A DNA stretch of 64,000 nucleotides from Eledone cirrhosa (lineage: Eukaryota). The stretch is taken from NCBI GenBank assembly GCA_964016885.1, contig OZ024743.1:359228001-359292000 (forward strand), read 5' to 3'. Of the stretch, positions 12,942-25,678 are shown piece after piece. The notes below the pieces were generated by a model. That model was not told the origin of the DNA. It made no database searches and worked only from the letters and a program-made list of their open reading frames with translations. The position numbers and the translations under genes were made by a program. The stretch's first letter is position 1. Every line of letters starts with the position of its first letter.

Positions 12942-12945
<4 letters not shown>
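11637..12945 (+). mobile_element. Heavily 5'-truncated PLE: last ~30 codons plus 3' UTR/pLTR
   Basis: 11638-11730 translates to LNKKDELVTACKHRLRRTYLALKPHNDPGG*, which is similar to LNRKSEIFSSCPHR in the 843-aa ORF. Ends in an HHR-like motif and then (TA)n. Confidence 0.8.
12838..12931 (+). ncRNA. Hammerhead-like motif with variant core CAGAAGA
   Basis: acccc-tt-CAGAAGA-tcggcta...tagccgtc-GAAA-cggcttgagctcagct-GTC-ggggt. Confidence 0.65.
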
Positions 12946-13007
<62 letters not shown>

Positions 13008-13072
13008 CATATATATACACACACATATATATATATATGAATATATATATACACATATATATATATATATAT

Positions 13073-13153
<81 letters not shown>

Positions 13154-13159
13154 AATATA

Positions 13160-13193
<34 letters not shown>

Positions 13194-13235
13194 CATATAT
13201 ATACATACATATATATACATATATATATACATACA

Positions 13236-13294
<59 letters not shown>

Positions 13295-13295
<1 letters not shown>

Positions 13296-13466
13296 GGACC
13301 GAGTAAATAAGGTTACCGATATAAAAGACACAGAAGCGAAAAGCGAAAACCAACCAAACAGTGAGTGTGTTCTGTTATTAATTCTGGCAATATTACACAA
13401 ATATGACCCTCCCCAAGTATAACAATATTTGTTTCGACACACGATTTCATATAAAAAACCTCGCAA

Positions 13467-13470
<4 letters not shown>
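13295..13470 (+). mobile_element. Solo pLTR-end fragment related to the PLE at 16258-17668
   Basis: atgaccctccccaagtataacaa..gtttcgacacacgatttca matches 17585-17632. Flanked by TA tracts. Confidence 0.6.
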
Positions 13471-13512
<42 letters not shown>

Positions 13513-13716
13513 GTATATACATATATACACATATATACACACATACATATATATACATATATACATGTATACACATATACACACGCATATATATACACAG
13601 TGTGTACATATATATATGTGTGTATGTATATGTGTATATATCTATATATGTACATATATATATGTATATATATATATATATGTACATATATACACATATA
13701 CACACACATATATACA

Positions 13717-13739
13717 CAAGGCGCGGGTAATTCGGCTAG

Positions 13740-13770
<31 letters not shown>

Positions 13771-13800
13771 TTACTAGCCGAATTACCCGCGCCTTGCTGC
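13717..13800. mobile_element. Two Helitron-like 3' termini (GC-rich motif plus CTAG|T) facing each other across a TA tract
   Basis: caaggcgcgggtaattcggCTAGt at 13717-13740, with its reverse complement at 13773-13796. Confidence 0.5.
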
Positions 13801-13813
13801 GTTTCACACATTT

Positions 13814-13871
<58 letters not shown>

Positions 13872-13928
13872 TGTGTATATATATATATTTATAGATATAC
13901 GCACACACATCTATATATATAAAGTTGT

Positions 13929-14046
<118 letters not shown>

Positions 14047-14719
14047 AGAGATATATGCCTTTCTCATGTGGGTGTGGTGTGTTTGTATTTGAGTGTATAT
14101 ACATATGTATATTTATATAAACGGAGTATCAATTCAGATACTGAGTAAGTATGCCTGTCTTGTGTCTGTTTGAATGTATATATGTGTGTATAATTTACTG
14201 TTGCAAAATGTAAAAAACAAAAACAAAACAAAAATATAAACAAAAATAAACAAATATGTATGTGTGTCTATATGGATGCACAATATATTACGGTAGGAAA
14301 ACGTGAAGTAGGATGCATGTGTGTAGGTGTGTAAGAGAACTTAAAAATCGAAACTCATCAAAAATGTTTGAGAAAATCAATTTTTATTATGTGAGTAGGG
14401 CGGGTCTAAATGTATTTATCTTCGCCTTTTAGTTTTACTGCCATACTCGCGCACGCACATACACAGACACAGATGCACACCCATATATATACGTGTCAAT
14501 ACGTGCAAATGTGAATACCCCACCCCTTTTATGGTTTTATGTATTATTGGGTCGTCAAGTATGAAATTTGTAGAAAAAAACATAACAAATTTCAAATTTC
14601 ATACGTGTCAACCCAATATATATAGAATTAGCGTGACACAATCTTTGGATTATAGATATAATCCATCCAAAACACAACCACACAGTTTTCATCTATTCAA
14701 TTTAACTAAAAAAAAGCCT

Positions 14720-14820
14720 TGGGTCGTCCCGAAGTGAGGGTGAAGAGAATTCTCCAAGTTGCTAAGAAGTGGGATCGAACCTGAGATCTCATGATTGGGA
14801 AGGGAATTTTCAAACCAATC
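14720..14820 (-). mobile_element. tRNA-derived SINE head (octopus-type)
   Basis: Minus-strand B-box GGTTCGATCCC with a layout like the SINE at 58795. Confidence 0.55.
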
Positions 14821-14991
14821 TTATATTGATGGAGGTGAATTTATGTATAAACTTACATAGAATGAGTCAAACTGTACAAGTGTACAGTGTATATATTTTA
14901 TTTTTTTGAGAAAAAAAGTGACAGTGACATCGATGTTTTGATATACTACAGCCTAAACATTTAAGTCACCACCACCTTTTTCTATGAAAAA

Positions 14992-15029
<38 letters not shown>

Positions 15030-15032
<3 letters not shown>

Positions 15033-15778
15033 CAAATAACGAAACGAAATTAAATTTCGTTTCGTTTGTAACTCACTTTTGTATGACTGACGCTTAAACA
15101 ATTAAGTTAAAAATGTACATCCACATATGTATACTGAAATACTAGTATGCATATGAATACACACACGTGTACATATGTAGATGTACCGAGTTTTTCACTG
15201 GACACTTTACTGTGAGTGTCCAGCTATTCTGTATGTAAACACACAGACAAACCGGTTTTTAGAGTCATACTGGTTTTCGAGGAAACACCTTTCCTCTATT
15301 CTCCAGAAAGCCAGACAAGGAATATTGGACTAGTTTCGATGTTTTTACATATCATCAGCAATATTTACCTATCTTCCGGCCTTTGTAGAGAATCGTAAAA
15401 GCACATATCGTTATATGCTTTTTCTATGAAAATTAGTAGTGGGCAGACTAATTTTCATAGAAAAAGCATATAACGATATGTGCTTTTACGATTCTCTAGA
15501 AAGGCCGGAAGATAGGTAAATATTGCTGATGAGATGTAACAACATCGAAACTAGTCCAATATTCCTTGTCTGGCTTTCTGAAGAATAGAGGAAAGGTGTT
15601 TCCTCGAAAACCAGTATGACTCTAAAAACCGGTTTGTCTGTGTGTTTACATACAGAATAGCTGGACACTCACAGTAAAGTGTCCAGTGAAAAACTCGGTA
15701 CATCTACATATGTACACGTGTGTGTATTCATATGCATACTAGTATTTCAGTATACATATGTGGATGTACATTTTTAAC

Positions 15779-15785
<7 letters not shown>
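15030..15785. mobile_element. Head-to-head insertion with ~340-bp arms and two minimal HHRs
   Basis: 15100-15437 is the reverse complement of 15447-15784. Flanked by TA. A third terminal copy lies at 15845-15943. Confidence 0.85.
15519..15563 (+). ncRNA. Minimal type I hammerhead ribozyme (inverted copy at 15321-15365)
   Basis: aatattg-CTGATGA-gatgt-aaca-acatc-GAAA-cta-GTC-caatatt; all stems pair perfectly. Confidence 0.93.
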
Positions 15786-15850
<65 letters not shown>

Positions 15851-16213
15851 GTTAAAAATGTACATCCACATATGTATACTGAAATACTAGTATGCATATG
15901 AATACACACACGTGTACATATGTAGATGTACCGAGTTTTTCATTGACTTGATTTTCTCATTTTTTCCTCTCTTGACGTTGCCTCACCATTCGTGTTTGTT
16001 TACCTGTCTCTCTTTCTCCACCCAATTTTTTTTATCCTAATAACTTATTTTAGTTATTGTTCGCGCTAGCCTGAGGTATATGGTCTTTAATGCGAAGAAA
16101 TACCTATGATGGCTAGTAGACCACTGATGATGGATAGTCCTGGCTTCTATTTCTAACTCTTCATTTTAATTTGTATATCACAAATGCAACAACACAGCAC
16201 GCCATTTTTCATT

Positions 16214-16250
<37 letters not shown>

Positions 16251-16360
16251 ATATATATATTGTTATACTTTGGGAGGGTCATGCTGCCAATAAGAAACAC
16301 ACGCACCAGTTGCTTTCACTTCAATTTATTATATATTTATAAATTTATAAATTTACAAAT

Positions 16361-17195
16361 CAACATACTGATTGCGGATTTGGTACGGGTGATGAGAAAT
16401 GTGTCCCGCATGTGCAACACCGAAGAACTAGAGAGACACATACAACACTTCATCCACCGTATGCAGTTCTCTGGCTACAATCAGAGAGATAGAATCAGAG
16501 TGTATAGAGGAGCCAGAACCAAATGGGAAAAAATGGTAAATAATGACATAAATGGGACCTGCCCCTTGTATAGGAGCAAATTTTGGAATAGAATAGAAAG
16601 AACTAGGAACAAGGCCAATAGAATAAATTCATGGTATGATAGCAATAAATACCAGAGCGTAATGTTCATCAATACAACCCCTAGAGGTGAACAAGCCTAC
16701 AAATTTAGAAGGGCCCTAAATAAACATAAACTCAATATTAAGATAGTAGAAAGACCTTGTACCTCCGTAAAAACACTTATTAGCAAGACATACCCGTTCC
16801 AAAGACCCTCATGTATAGATAAGAAATGTATAACCTGTAAAATAAGCCCCCATATTAACTGTAAAACTAGAAATGTAGTGTATAGCATAAGATGTACTGA
16901 AGGACAATGTAGAAACAAAAATATAGTGTACATAGGTGAGACAGCTCGTAGTATAGGGGAACGGATAAATGAACACTGGCGAGACCTTCAAGATAATAAA
17001 GAATCATCTGTACTCTACCAACATGCTAAGATAGAACACAAGGGTAAATTAGAGAACATAGAAATAAAAATAGAATCCACACACAGAAAAGATGCAATGT
17101 TAAGGCAAATTACAGAGGCAGTAAGCATAAAAGAATTACAACCAAAATTAAATAGAAAATATGAGTGGAACAGCAACATCACAACTTACAATTAA
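16361..17195 (+). pseudogene. Truncated PLE ORF: RT thumb, Cys linker and GIY-YIG
   Basis: CIDKKCITC, CKTRNVVYSIRC, VYIGETARSIGERINEH, RQITEAVSI, PKLNRKYE. The N-terminus of the listed 316-aa ORF comes from the inverted pLTR. Confidence 0.88.
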
Positions 17196-17399
17196 GGACA
17201 AAATGAAAACACACACACACATAGAACAAACAACCAACCAACAACATGTAAATAAATAAACAAATAGATAAATGAACACAAACACACACAGACACCCGGA
17301 TGTGGCGCATGCGCAAACTGAGCACACAACACACACACAGAAACAAAATGGCGTAGGACAGAAGAAAGGAAAGGCACAGAAACAAAGAAAGGAATCCCC

Positions 17400-17444
17400 A
17401 GTCACTGAAGAGGTCACAGAGTGTGTGACGAAAGGACTATGACT
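17400..17444 (+). ncRNA. Hammerhead ribozyme
   Basis: agtca-CTGAAGA-g-gtcaca-gagtg-tgtgac-GAAA-gga-CTA-tgact. Confidence 0.8.
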
Positions 17445-17666
17445 ATATATAAACAACTATCTGGTTGTGGAACCAACCAACCAACCAGAAATTTATAAGT
17501 TTGTAGATTTGTAAATTTATAAATATATAAATATATAATAAATTGAAGTGAAAGCAACTGGTGCGTGTGTTTCTTATTGGCAGCATGACCCTCCCAAAGT
17601 ATAACAACATCGGTTTCAACACACGATTTCAGATAAAGAATCTTGCTAAACAAATTCAGCAACGAA

Positions 17667-17756
<90 letters not shown>

Positions 17757-17891
17757 GTGTATATATATATATATATTTATATATATGTGTATATATATAT
17801 ATATGTACATATATGTGTATATATATATATATATATGTACATATATGTGTATATATATATGTATATATATATGTATATATGTATATATATG

Positions 17892-17959
<68 letters not shown>

Positions 17960-17968
17960 CATATATAT

Positions 17969-18054
<86 letters not shown>

Positions 18055-18058
<4 letters not shown>

Positions 18059-18409
18059 AAAAAGAGATGAAATCGAAAATGCAACTGGAGACTTATTTTT
18101 TTTTTAAATATATATATTTATTTGGTTCCTTTACCGGTTTCGCAGTTCTTCTGCTTTTCAAAAGTAGAGTTGAGATGGAGGGTCTGTGGTTTTTCTCACA
18201 TCAGATGTGAGAAAAACCACAGACCCTCCATCTCAACTCTACTTTTGAAAAGCAGAAGAACTGCGAAACCGGTAAAGGAACCAAATAAATATATATATTT
18301 AAAAAAAAAATAAGTCTCCAGTTGCATTTTCGATTTCATCTCTTTTTCTTTATACTTTCACTCGTGTAGGACACCTCGGTTATTTTTCAATTTGTAAAAA
18401 AAACCTCAC

Positions 18410-18415
<6 letters not shown>
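18055..18415. repeat. Perfect palindrome with ~148-bp arms of a pLTR end (3' half of an HHR) plus a ~63-nt tail
   Basis: Centre at about 18203 (cacatc-a-gatgtg). The right arm carries GAAACCGGTA. Flanked by TA. Confidence 0.85.
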
Positions 18416-18449
<34 letters not shown>

Positions 18450-18477
18450 ATGTATGTATATATATATATACATATAT

Positions 18478-18695
18478 AGTAATAATAATAAATTTGAAGA
18501 CTAAAATCAAAAGAGGGCTCGATAAGGATAAATATATATCAAATATATAAGAACCCTAGAGCAAATATTTATTAAAATAACAGATTAAAAATCGCTGCTT
18601 TCACCCTTAACCTGATATTTTTAGTTCCAGAAGATCCGGTTAATGGTGAAAGCAGCGATTCTTTGCTTAAACTTTAATCTGTTATTTTATTAAAT
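18478..18695. mobile_element. Miniature head-to-head insertion of the pLTR of the PLE family at 33953-36750
   Basis: Shares gaagactaaaatc..agagggctcgataagg and aatcgctgctttcacccttaac with 33970-34100. CAGAAGA-core HHR-like motif at 18623-18673. Confidence 0.75.
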
Positions 18696-18719
18696 ATATG
18701 CATACACACACACACACAG

Positions 18720-18752
<33 letters not shown>

Positions 18753-18755
18753 CAT

Positions 18756-18808
<53 letters not shown>

Positions 18809-18811
<3 letters not shown>

Positions 18812-21134
18812 AAACAAAATGAAAACGAAATTTCATTTCTCACTCTTAGTATGGCACTTACTTAAATGTAAGTATGCATGTATACGTACATACATATATG
18901 TATACAGACGTACAGTAGCATGCACATATATATATATATATACATATATACATACATATGCATACAGGTACACATACATATATGCACGTATCAGTTTAGC
19001 GGCGCTAACGTCGCTTTGTTCGTTTGTAAACAAACTGAACAGCCTGAATTTATGCCATACGGTGTTAAGGCAACCACGTCACCTTTTTGTTCAACACTGA
19101 CACAGGAACGATGTACTAGTTTCAAGCTTGTTAGCTATCATCAGCACCGTTTACCCATCTGCCAGATAGTTGAACGTTCGAAAGTATATACTTTCCTTAT
19201 GAAAATTAACGGCTGAGCAGCCTAATTTGCATATTGAGTGAGTTAAATCGGTCAGGCATACCGAAAACGATAAATTGAAACAAAATGAAAACGAAATTTC
19301 ATTTCTCACTTTTAGTATGGCACTTACTTAAATGTAAGTATGCATGTATACGTACATACATATATGTATACAGACGTACAGTAGCATGCACATATATATA
19401 TATATATATACATATATACATACATATGCATACAGGTACACATACATATATGCACGTATCAGTTTAGCGGCGCTAACGTCGCTTTGTTCGTTTGTAAACA
19501 AACTGAACAGCCTGAATTTATGCCATACGGTGTTAAGGCAACCACGTCACCTTTTTGTTCAACACTGACACAGGAACGATGTACTAGTTTCAAGCTTGTT
19601 AGCTATCATCAGCACCGTTTACCCATCTGCCAGATAGTTGAACGTTCGAAAGTATATACTTTCCTTATGAAAATTAACGGCTGAGCAGCCTAATTTGCAT
19701 ATTGAGTGAGTTAAATCGGTCAGGGATACCGAAAACGATAAATTGAAACAAAATGAAAACGAAATTTCATTTCTCACTATTAGTATGGCACTTACTTAAA
19801 TGTAAGTATGCATGTATAGTACATACATATATGTATACAGACGTACAGTAGCATGCACACATATATATATATATACATATATACATACATATGCATACAG
19901 GTACACATACATATATGCACGTATCAGTTTAGCGGCGCTAACGTCGCTTTGTTCGTTTGTAAACAAACATCGTTCCTGTGTCAGTGTTGAACAAAAAGGT
20001 GACGTGGTTGCCTTAACACCGTATGGCATAAATTCAGGCTGTTCAGTTTGTTTACAAACGAACAAAGCGACGTTAGCGCCGCTAAACTGATACGTGCATA
20101 TATGTATGTGTACCTGTATGCATATGTATGTATATATGTATATATATATATATGTGCATGCTACTGTACGTCTGTATACATATATGTATGTACGTATACA
20201 TGCATACTTACATTTAAGTAAGTGCCATACTAAGAGTGAGAAATGAAATTTCGTTTTCATTTTGTTTCAATTTATCGTTTTCGGTATGCCTGACCGATTT
20301 AACTCACTCAATATGCAAATTAGGCTGCTCAGCCGTTAATTTTCATAAGGAAAGTATATACTTTCGAACGTTCAACTATCTGGCAGATGGGTAAACGGTG
20401 CTGATGATAGCTAACAAGCTTGAAACTAGTACATCGTTCCTGTGTCAGTGTTGAACAAAAAGGTGACGTGGTTGCCTTAACACCGTATGGCATAAATTCA
20501 GGCTGTTCAGTTTGTTTACAAACGAACAAAGCGACGTTAGCGCCGCTAAACTGATACGTGCATATATGTATGTGTACCTGTATGCATATGTATGTATATA
20601 TGTATATATATATATATATGTGCATGCTACTGTACGTCTGTATACATATATGTATGTACGTATACATGCATACTTACATTTAAGTAAGTGCCATACTAAG
20701 AGTGAGAAATGAAATTTCGTTTTCATTTTGTTTCAATTTATCGTTTTCGGTATGCCTGACCGATTTAACTCACTCAATATGCAAATTAGGCTGCTCAGCC
20801 GTTAATTTTCATAAGGAAAGTATATACTTTCGAACGTTCAACTATCTGGCAGATGGGTAAACGGTGCTGATGATAGCTAACAAGCTTGAAACTAGTACAT
20901 CGTTCCTGTGTCAGTGTTGAACAAAAAGGTGACGTGGTTGCCTTAACACCGTATGGCATAAATTCAGGCTGTTCAGTTTGTTTACAAACGAACAAAGCGA
21001 CGTTAGCGCCGCTAAACTGATACGTGCATATATGTATGTGTACCTGTATGCATATGTATGTATATATGTATATATATATATGTGCATGCTACTGTACGTC
21101 TGTATACATATATGTATGTACGTATACATGCATA

Positions 21135-21137
<3 letters not shown>
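18809..21137. mobile_element. Two head-to-head tandem arrays (~2.5 units each) of a 466-468-bp HHR-bearing unit (non-LTR retrozyme-like)
   Basis: Orientation flips at about 19968. HHRs at 19107-19151(-), 19575-19619(-), 20394-20438(+) and 20860-20904(+). Both outer ends lie in (TA)n. Confidence 0.9.
20394..20438 (+). ncRNA. Minimal type I hammerhead ribozyme of the 466-bp unit
   Basis: aacggtg-CTGATGA-tagctaacaagctt-GAAA-cta-GTA-catcgtt, identical in all five copies. Confidence 0.9.
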
Positions 21138-21218
<81 letters not shown>

Positions 21219-21254
21219 CATACATATATACATATATACATATATATTTATATA

Positions 21255-21848
21255 TATTTAATTTTGGATATAGATATATAAATACGGCTCCTTAATTGTA
21301 AAGCCAACTCTGTTGAAAGGAATCGACTGCTGTTTCTAGTTGTTGAATACCCGAATACCTATTGACGCCACTGAAACGAAGTTGCGGTGATGTGTAAAAG
21401 CAACACGTGGTAGCGGCCAGTTGAAGATTTGAACTCGCTGTGTAAGCATGGATTGCTGGACAATTGTTCTTCCTTGTTGATAATCCAATAATATCCACTT
21501 TCTGTGACTTACCATCTGATTAATTGGTGAAATATATTTCTTTAATGGAATATATACAGGGAAGATTAATCATATTATAAGGTATCTATTTTTGAAGTTC
21601 TAGTTAACTTTATTTATTTGTTACCAACTAGCTTGTTTATTTGTTACCTACACGCTTGTAAAAATTATCTCCTGTGATTATTCAATGTTTATATTTATTT
21701 ATATATATGTTAATCATTTCTAGTTATTATAAAATGCTCGGACCTACAAAATCTTTGAGCTTATTTTCCGGGCGATATGGCGCACGCCGTTATGGCATGA
21801 CACCCACAATTTCGATTTGGATTAAATTTATTTAATTTATCTTAATTT

Positions 21849-21850
<2 letters not shown>
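21255..21850 (-). repeat. Diverged, circularly permuted monomer of the 567-bp unit at 41701-42620
   Basis: Shares reverse-complement blocks such as accatctgattaattggtgaaatatatttc and gagcttattttccgg. Flanked by TA. Confidence 0.75.
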
Positions 21851-21930
<80 letters not shown>

Positions 21931-21972
21931 TATGTATATATATATATATATACACACACACATATATATATA

Positions 21973-22009
<37 letters not shown>

Positions 22010-22345
22010 TGACGCGAATCTTTAATTCCGTTTTTTCAATATATAAATATACATAATAGATATATATACACTTACACACATTCACTTATATAAAACGTAA
22101 GTCGTACATTGTTTAATAAATGTATACACATATATATATGTATGATTTATATGAAAATTCATGCTTTCTTACACGCTCAAACCACACACACATATATATG
22201 TATATATATATGTATATATATACACACACACACACACATATATATATATAAATATATATACACATATATATATACATATGTATATATATAATATATATAC
22301 ATATATATACATATATATATATACACATATGCACATATACATACT

Positions 22346-22376
<31 letters not shown>

Positions 22377-22427
22377 TAGATGTCTATATTCAGACACACG
22401 CGTGCCCCCACACATACACACACGCAC

Positions 22428-22572
<145 letters not shown>

Positions 22573-23519
22573 CTTACAATGATTTACTGCTTTCCGAATT
22601 TCCGGTTTAATTAAAACTATTCAGCAAGTTAGCTAGAATGAATAGCTTCAAATATGGAACATCAGGCCATGCATATCACGCGAAAGTAAGATATAATCAA
22701 TAAATACATGCTGAAATAACGAAATTCAAGAAAAAAAATTATTAGTACAATTATTCTATATTCTTGATAACTTATTAGATATTGATTTATTTTTGGTCAG
22801 GCATAAAAGCCCTGCATTTCAAATAAGTACAAATGGAAAATGTGATTTTCACACATTTCCCAAATGTATTAGCAGCCATCGTAAGTGGAATATTTCTGTT
22901 TGGGACTAAAACCACATATCGTATTTTATTTAAACCAGAAACATATCTCGTAATGTGCGGGAGTCGCTTCTAGCGTATTTTATGAACGAAACATATATTT
23001 CTTAATTAAATATATTATGCATAACACACCATATATTGTACAATCTTAATTTGTACAATCTTAATGAAAATTTTAATGTAGGTATAGCTATTACTTTTAA
23101 ATTAAAAGCTTCACTACAAAATGCAAACACATTCTTCATCTCTTCCGGCAGGCAAATATTGTGATTACTAGTTTCATTTCTAGTCATAAAACAATTAATT
23201 AATCAACCCCATTGCCAACGAATACACAGTTATGCAAATTAGATTAGCATTTTCGGCTCAATCTTGATTTATATTGAATATTAATTGTATAAGCTATCAA
23301 TCTCTCTGTGGACAGAAAAGGTATTTAGGTTTTGATGACTTTCCAACTGAAACTGAAACTAGTAAGAACAACCTCATATTTCCCTGTCTACATAGAGGTA
23401 AAACAAATGTGTTTACATTTGTTTACTTTTCGTAGCGTGGCTTATAATTTCAAAAACTGTAGATATGCCTATGTTAAACAATTTAGATGGCAGTATCAGT
23501 AGAGCATTTCCAGCATAGG

Positions 23520-23590
23520 GCCATAACTTCCCTTTACGTTCTGAGTTCAAATCCTGCCGATATTAACTTTGCCTTTCATCCTTTCAGTAG
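23520..23590 (+). mobile_element. SINE fragment (octopus-type)
   Basis: ttctgagttcaaatcc...actttgcctttcatcctttc, shared with 62095-62142 and with 58445-58492 on the minus strand. Confidence 0.6.
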
Positions 23591-23759
23591 AAACAATTAT
23601 TACATATATTTGTATTTGTTTTATTCTACTTTTCATGCACATACAATTGCATTCATACTGACATAAATAAACACACAAAATACATATTTCAAACAATAGA
23701 ATATATTTTACGCTACAGCGTTAAGGTGCAATCCATTTTTAGATCAACAAATAAAGTAT

Positions 23760-25080
23760 TTTGGCAGACCATCCACAGACTTCGTAATAAGAAGTCCCAT
23801 TCCACGCCGGCCATCAGGAATTTGTCAGGAGTTCATTTCTCTGAAGAGAGGTTCACCGCCGTAAGGTAGAGAGCATACTTTGCTGATTTTCTAAATCCGG
23901 TCAACATTTTCTGATGTACATGAGGTGCATCTAGTGGAGAAGACTGACTAACATCTCATATGCTGAGATTTCCAGAGCAATTAAAGCGCTTGGGTATGGC
24001 GCGTCCTCTGGGGATGAAATTTGACCCGTATTGTTAAAATTCTCTGGTTGACTCACATGTGTCGGGTGTTCTAAATCTCTGGAAAGACACCAATGCAATA
24101 GCAATCTGGAGTGATGATCCCAATTTTCAAAAAGGATAACGTCCCCGGTAAAGTTTATGCTAAGTGCCTGGCAAGATGTAGGTTTATTGTCGGGTCCAAG
24201 CTAGCTGATGAACAGCGTGGCTTTCGTTCCTGACGTAGCACAACCGATAAAATATTCATTCCACGGCAGGAAATCGTCGGGGTATTGCCAATAGATGTAT
24301 ACTTGCTCTTTTTGCACACCGAAAAGGCATACGTCTGCATTACACGTTACTTGCTATGGAAGCTTCTGTAGGAGTATGGAACCGATGGATAGCTTTTTAT
24401 TGCTTTTAAGTCGCAATACAAATACCCTAGGTTTTTGATCGGATAAATGGTGCTAATTCGACACCACTAATGATGCATATTGTCTCCTCTCCTCTTCATA
24501 ATCCTCATAAACAGAACTGACATACGTAACCATCTGGAATTGTTATAAAAATATGTGGGTATAGGATTAGTCGACTGCAATTTGATCTTCGATATACACT
24601 GGATAGGCTTGTTACCTGACAGGAATGAAAATAAGTCCTACGAAGATTGAGAAACTTGCACTATCAAGAAAATCATCGCAGAGCACTCTGCATGTGAGTG
24701 GAGTTCCACTGAAGCTGACTCAGAAGTTTATCTATGGTAATAAATACAATCACGAATACAAGCAGAACAACTTGTTTCTTTTTCGATGGATCTTTGTTAC
24801 ACGATAGGGTATGTAGCTCATATATAAGGGAATAATTCCAAGTAGAACCGCCAATTCTTCGAATAGAGAGTAGAGAGATCACAGCTCCGGTACTACGGAC
24901 ATGTGGTTAGTATGTCTGAGGAAATAATCACTGAACAGATTTGTTGCGTAAAGCCAACAGGAGACCAGATTGATCTCGCTTGGGAATCCAGCCAAATCAT
25001 TTGGAGATAATTGCTTCAGATAGGAGCCTCTGGAAGACGTGTCTGAGGGCTCTGCCTCAACGAACCTACCAGGAATAAAT
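23760..25080 (+). pseudogene. Highly degraded RTE-clade LINE reverse transcriptase remnant
   Basis: Broken frames give YFADFLNP, GVMIPIFKKD, LADEQRGFRS*RSTTDKIF, LLWKLL*EYG and RYYGHVVSM. Confidence 0.7.
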
Positions 25081-25087
25081 GGGCGAA

Positions 25088-25106
25088 GAAGCAGCAGCAG
25101 CAGCAA

Positions 25107-25154
<48 letters not shown>

Positions 25155-25266
25155 TAGTAGTTTTAGTATTAGTAGTAGTAGTAGTAGTAGTAGCAGCTGA
25201 AGTAGTAGTAGAAGCAGCAGCAGCACTAATTGTAGTGGTAGTACTAGAAGAAGAAGAAGAAGAAGA
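25088..25266. repeat. Compound (CAG)n/(TAG)n/(GAA)n microsatellite
   Basis: Directly visible. Confidence 0.95.
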
Positions 25267-25544
25267 CATACATAATACATAAATGCATACATACGTACAT
25301 ATATACACAGTTATATAAATATATACGCACGAGTTTTATCTCCTTTGCAAAACTCGTATATCGACGTGTATACCGTTTTATATATTTATGGTATGTAGGC
25401 GTGTGATTATGTGTATATATATATATATACAAATCAGGAAAGAAGAGTGATTATCCCAATTTAGTGTTTGGGGTGCTAACTAATCAATATTTCGTGGATA
25501 ATTGGTTGTATTATTTTATATGAGACATTATTAAATAAATATCT

Positions 25545-25678
25545 CTTTCCTTCCAGACGGCCGTTTCGTTATAAGATTTCTACAATTTGGGATAAATAAT
25601 TTCCAGGTTATGTAGAAACTTGTATATAATCCATAGTTTTATACACAAGCGGGCTCTTATAAACTCATCAGTTGATGC
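25545..25678 (-). ncRNA. Hammerhead ribozyme with a branched ~100-nt stem II, in a solo pLTR-like insert (25430-25898)
   Basis: tcaa-CTGATGA-gtttataaga-[two hairpins]-tcttataac-GAAA-cggcc-GTC-tgga. Stem I has one mismatch. Confidence 0.72.

Larger units (their letters stand above)
16258..17668 (+). mobile_element. 5'-truncated PLE (Neptune/Nematis-like) with a short inverted 5' pLTR piece
   Basis: 16258-16360 is the reverse complement of about 17500-17606. Contains a partial ORF and an HHR at 17400-17444. Both ends lie in (TA)n. Confidence 0.88.

Noticed and set aside
16060-16150. CTGAGG and CTGATGA motifs as hammerheads
   Set aside because: I could not place GAAA and the stems into a complete fold; at best these are relics.
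18819-21129. Repeated short ORFs in the 466-bp units
   Set aside because: Their frames shift between units with TA-tract length and show no motifs, so the unit is treated as non-coding.
22005-22040. TA-CAGTG as a Tc1/mariner terminal inverted repeat
   Set aside because: I found no matching opposite terminus or transposase.
24879-25308. Poly-Leu, poly-Ala and poly-Thr ORFs
   Set aside because: They are trinucleotide microsatellite translations next to a decayed LINE.
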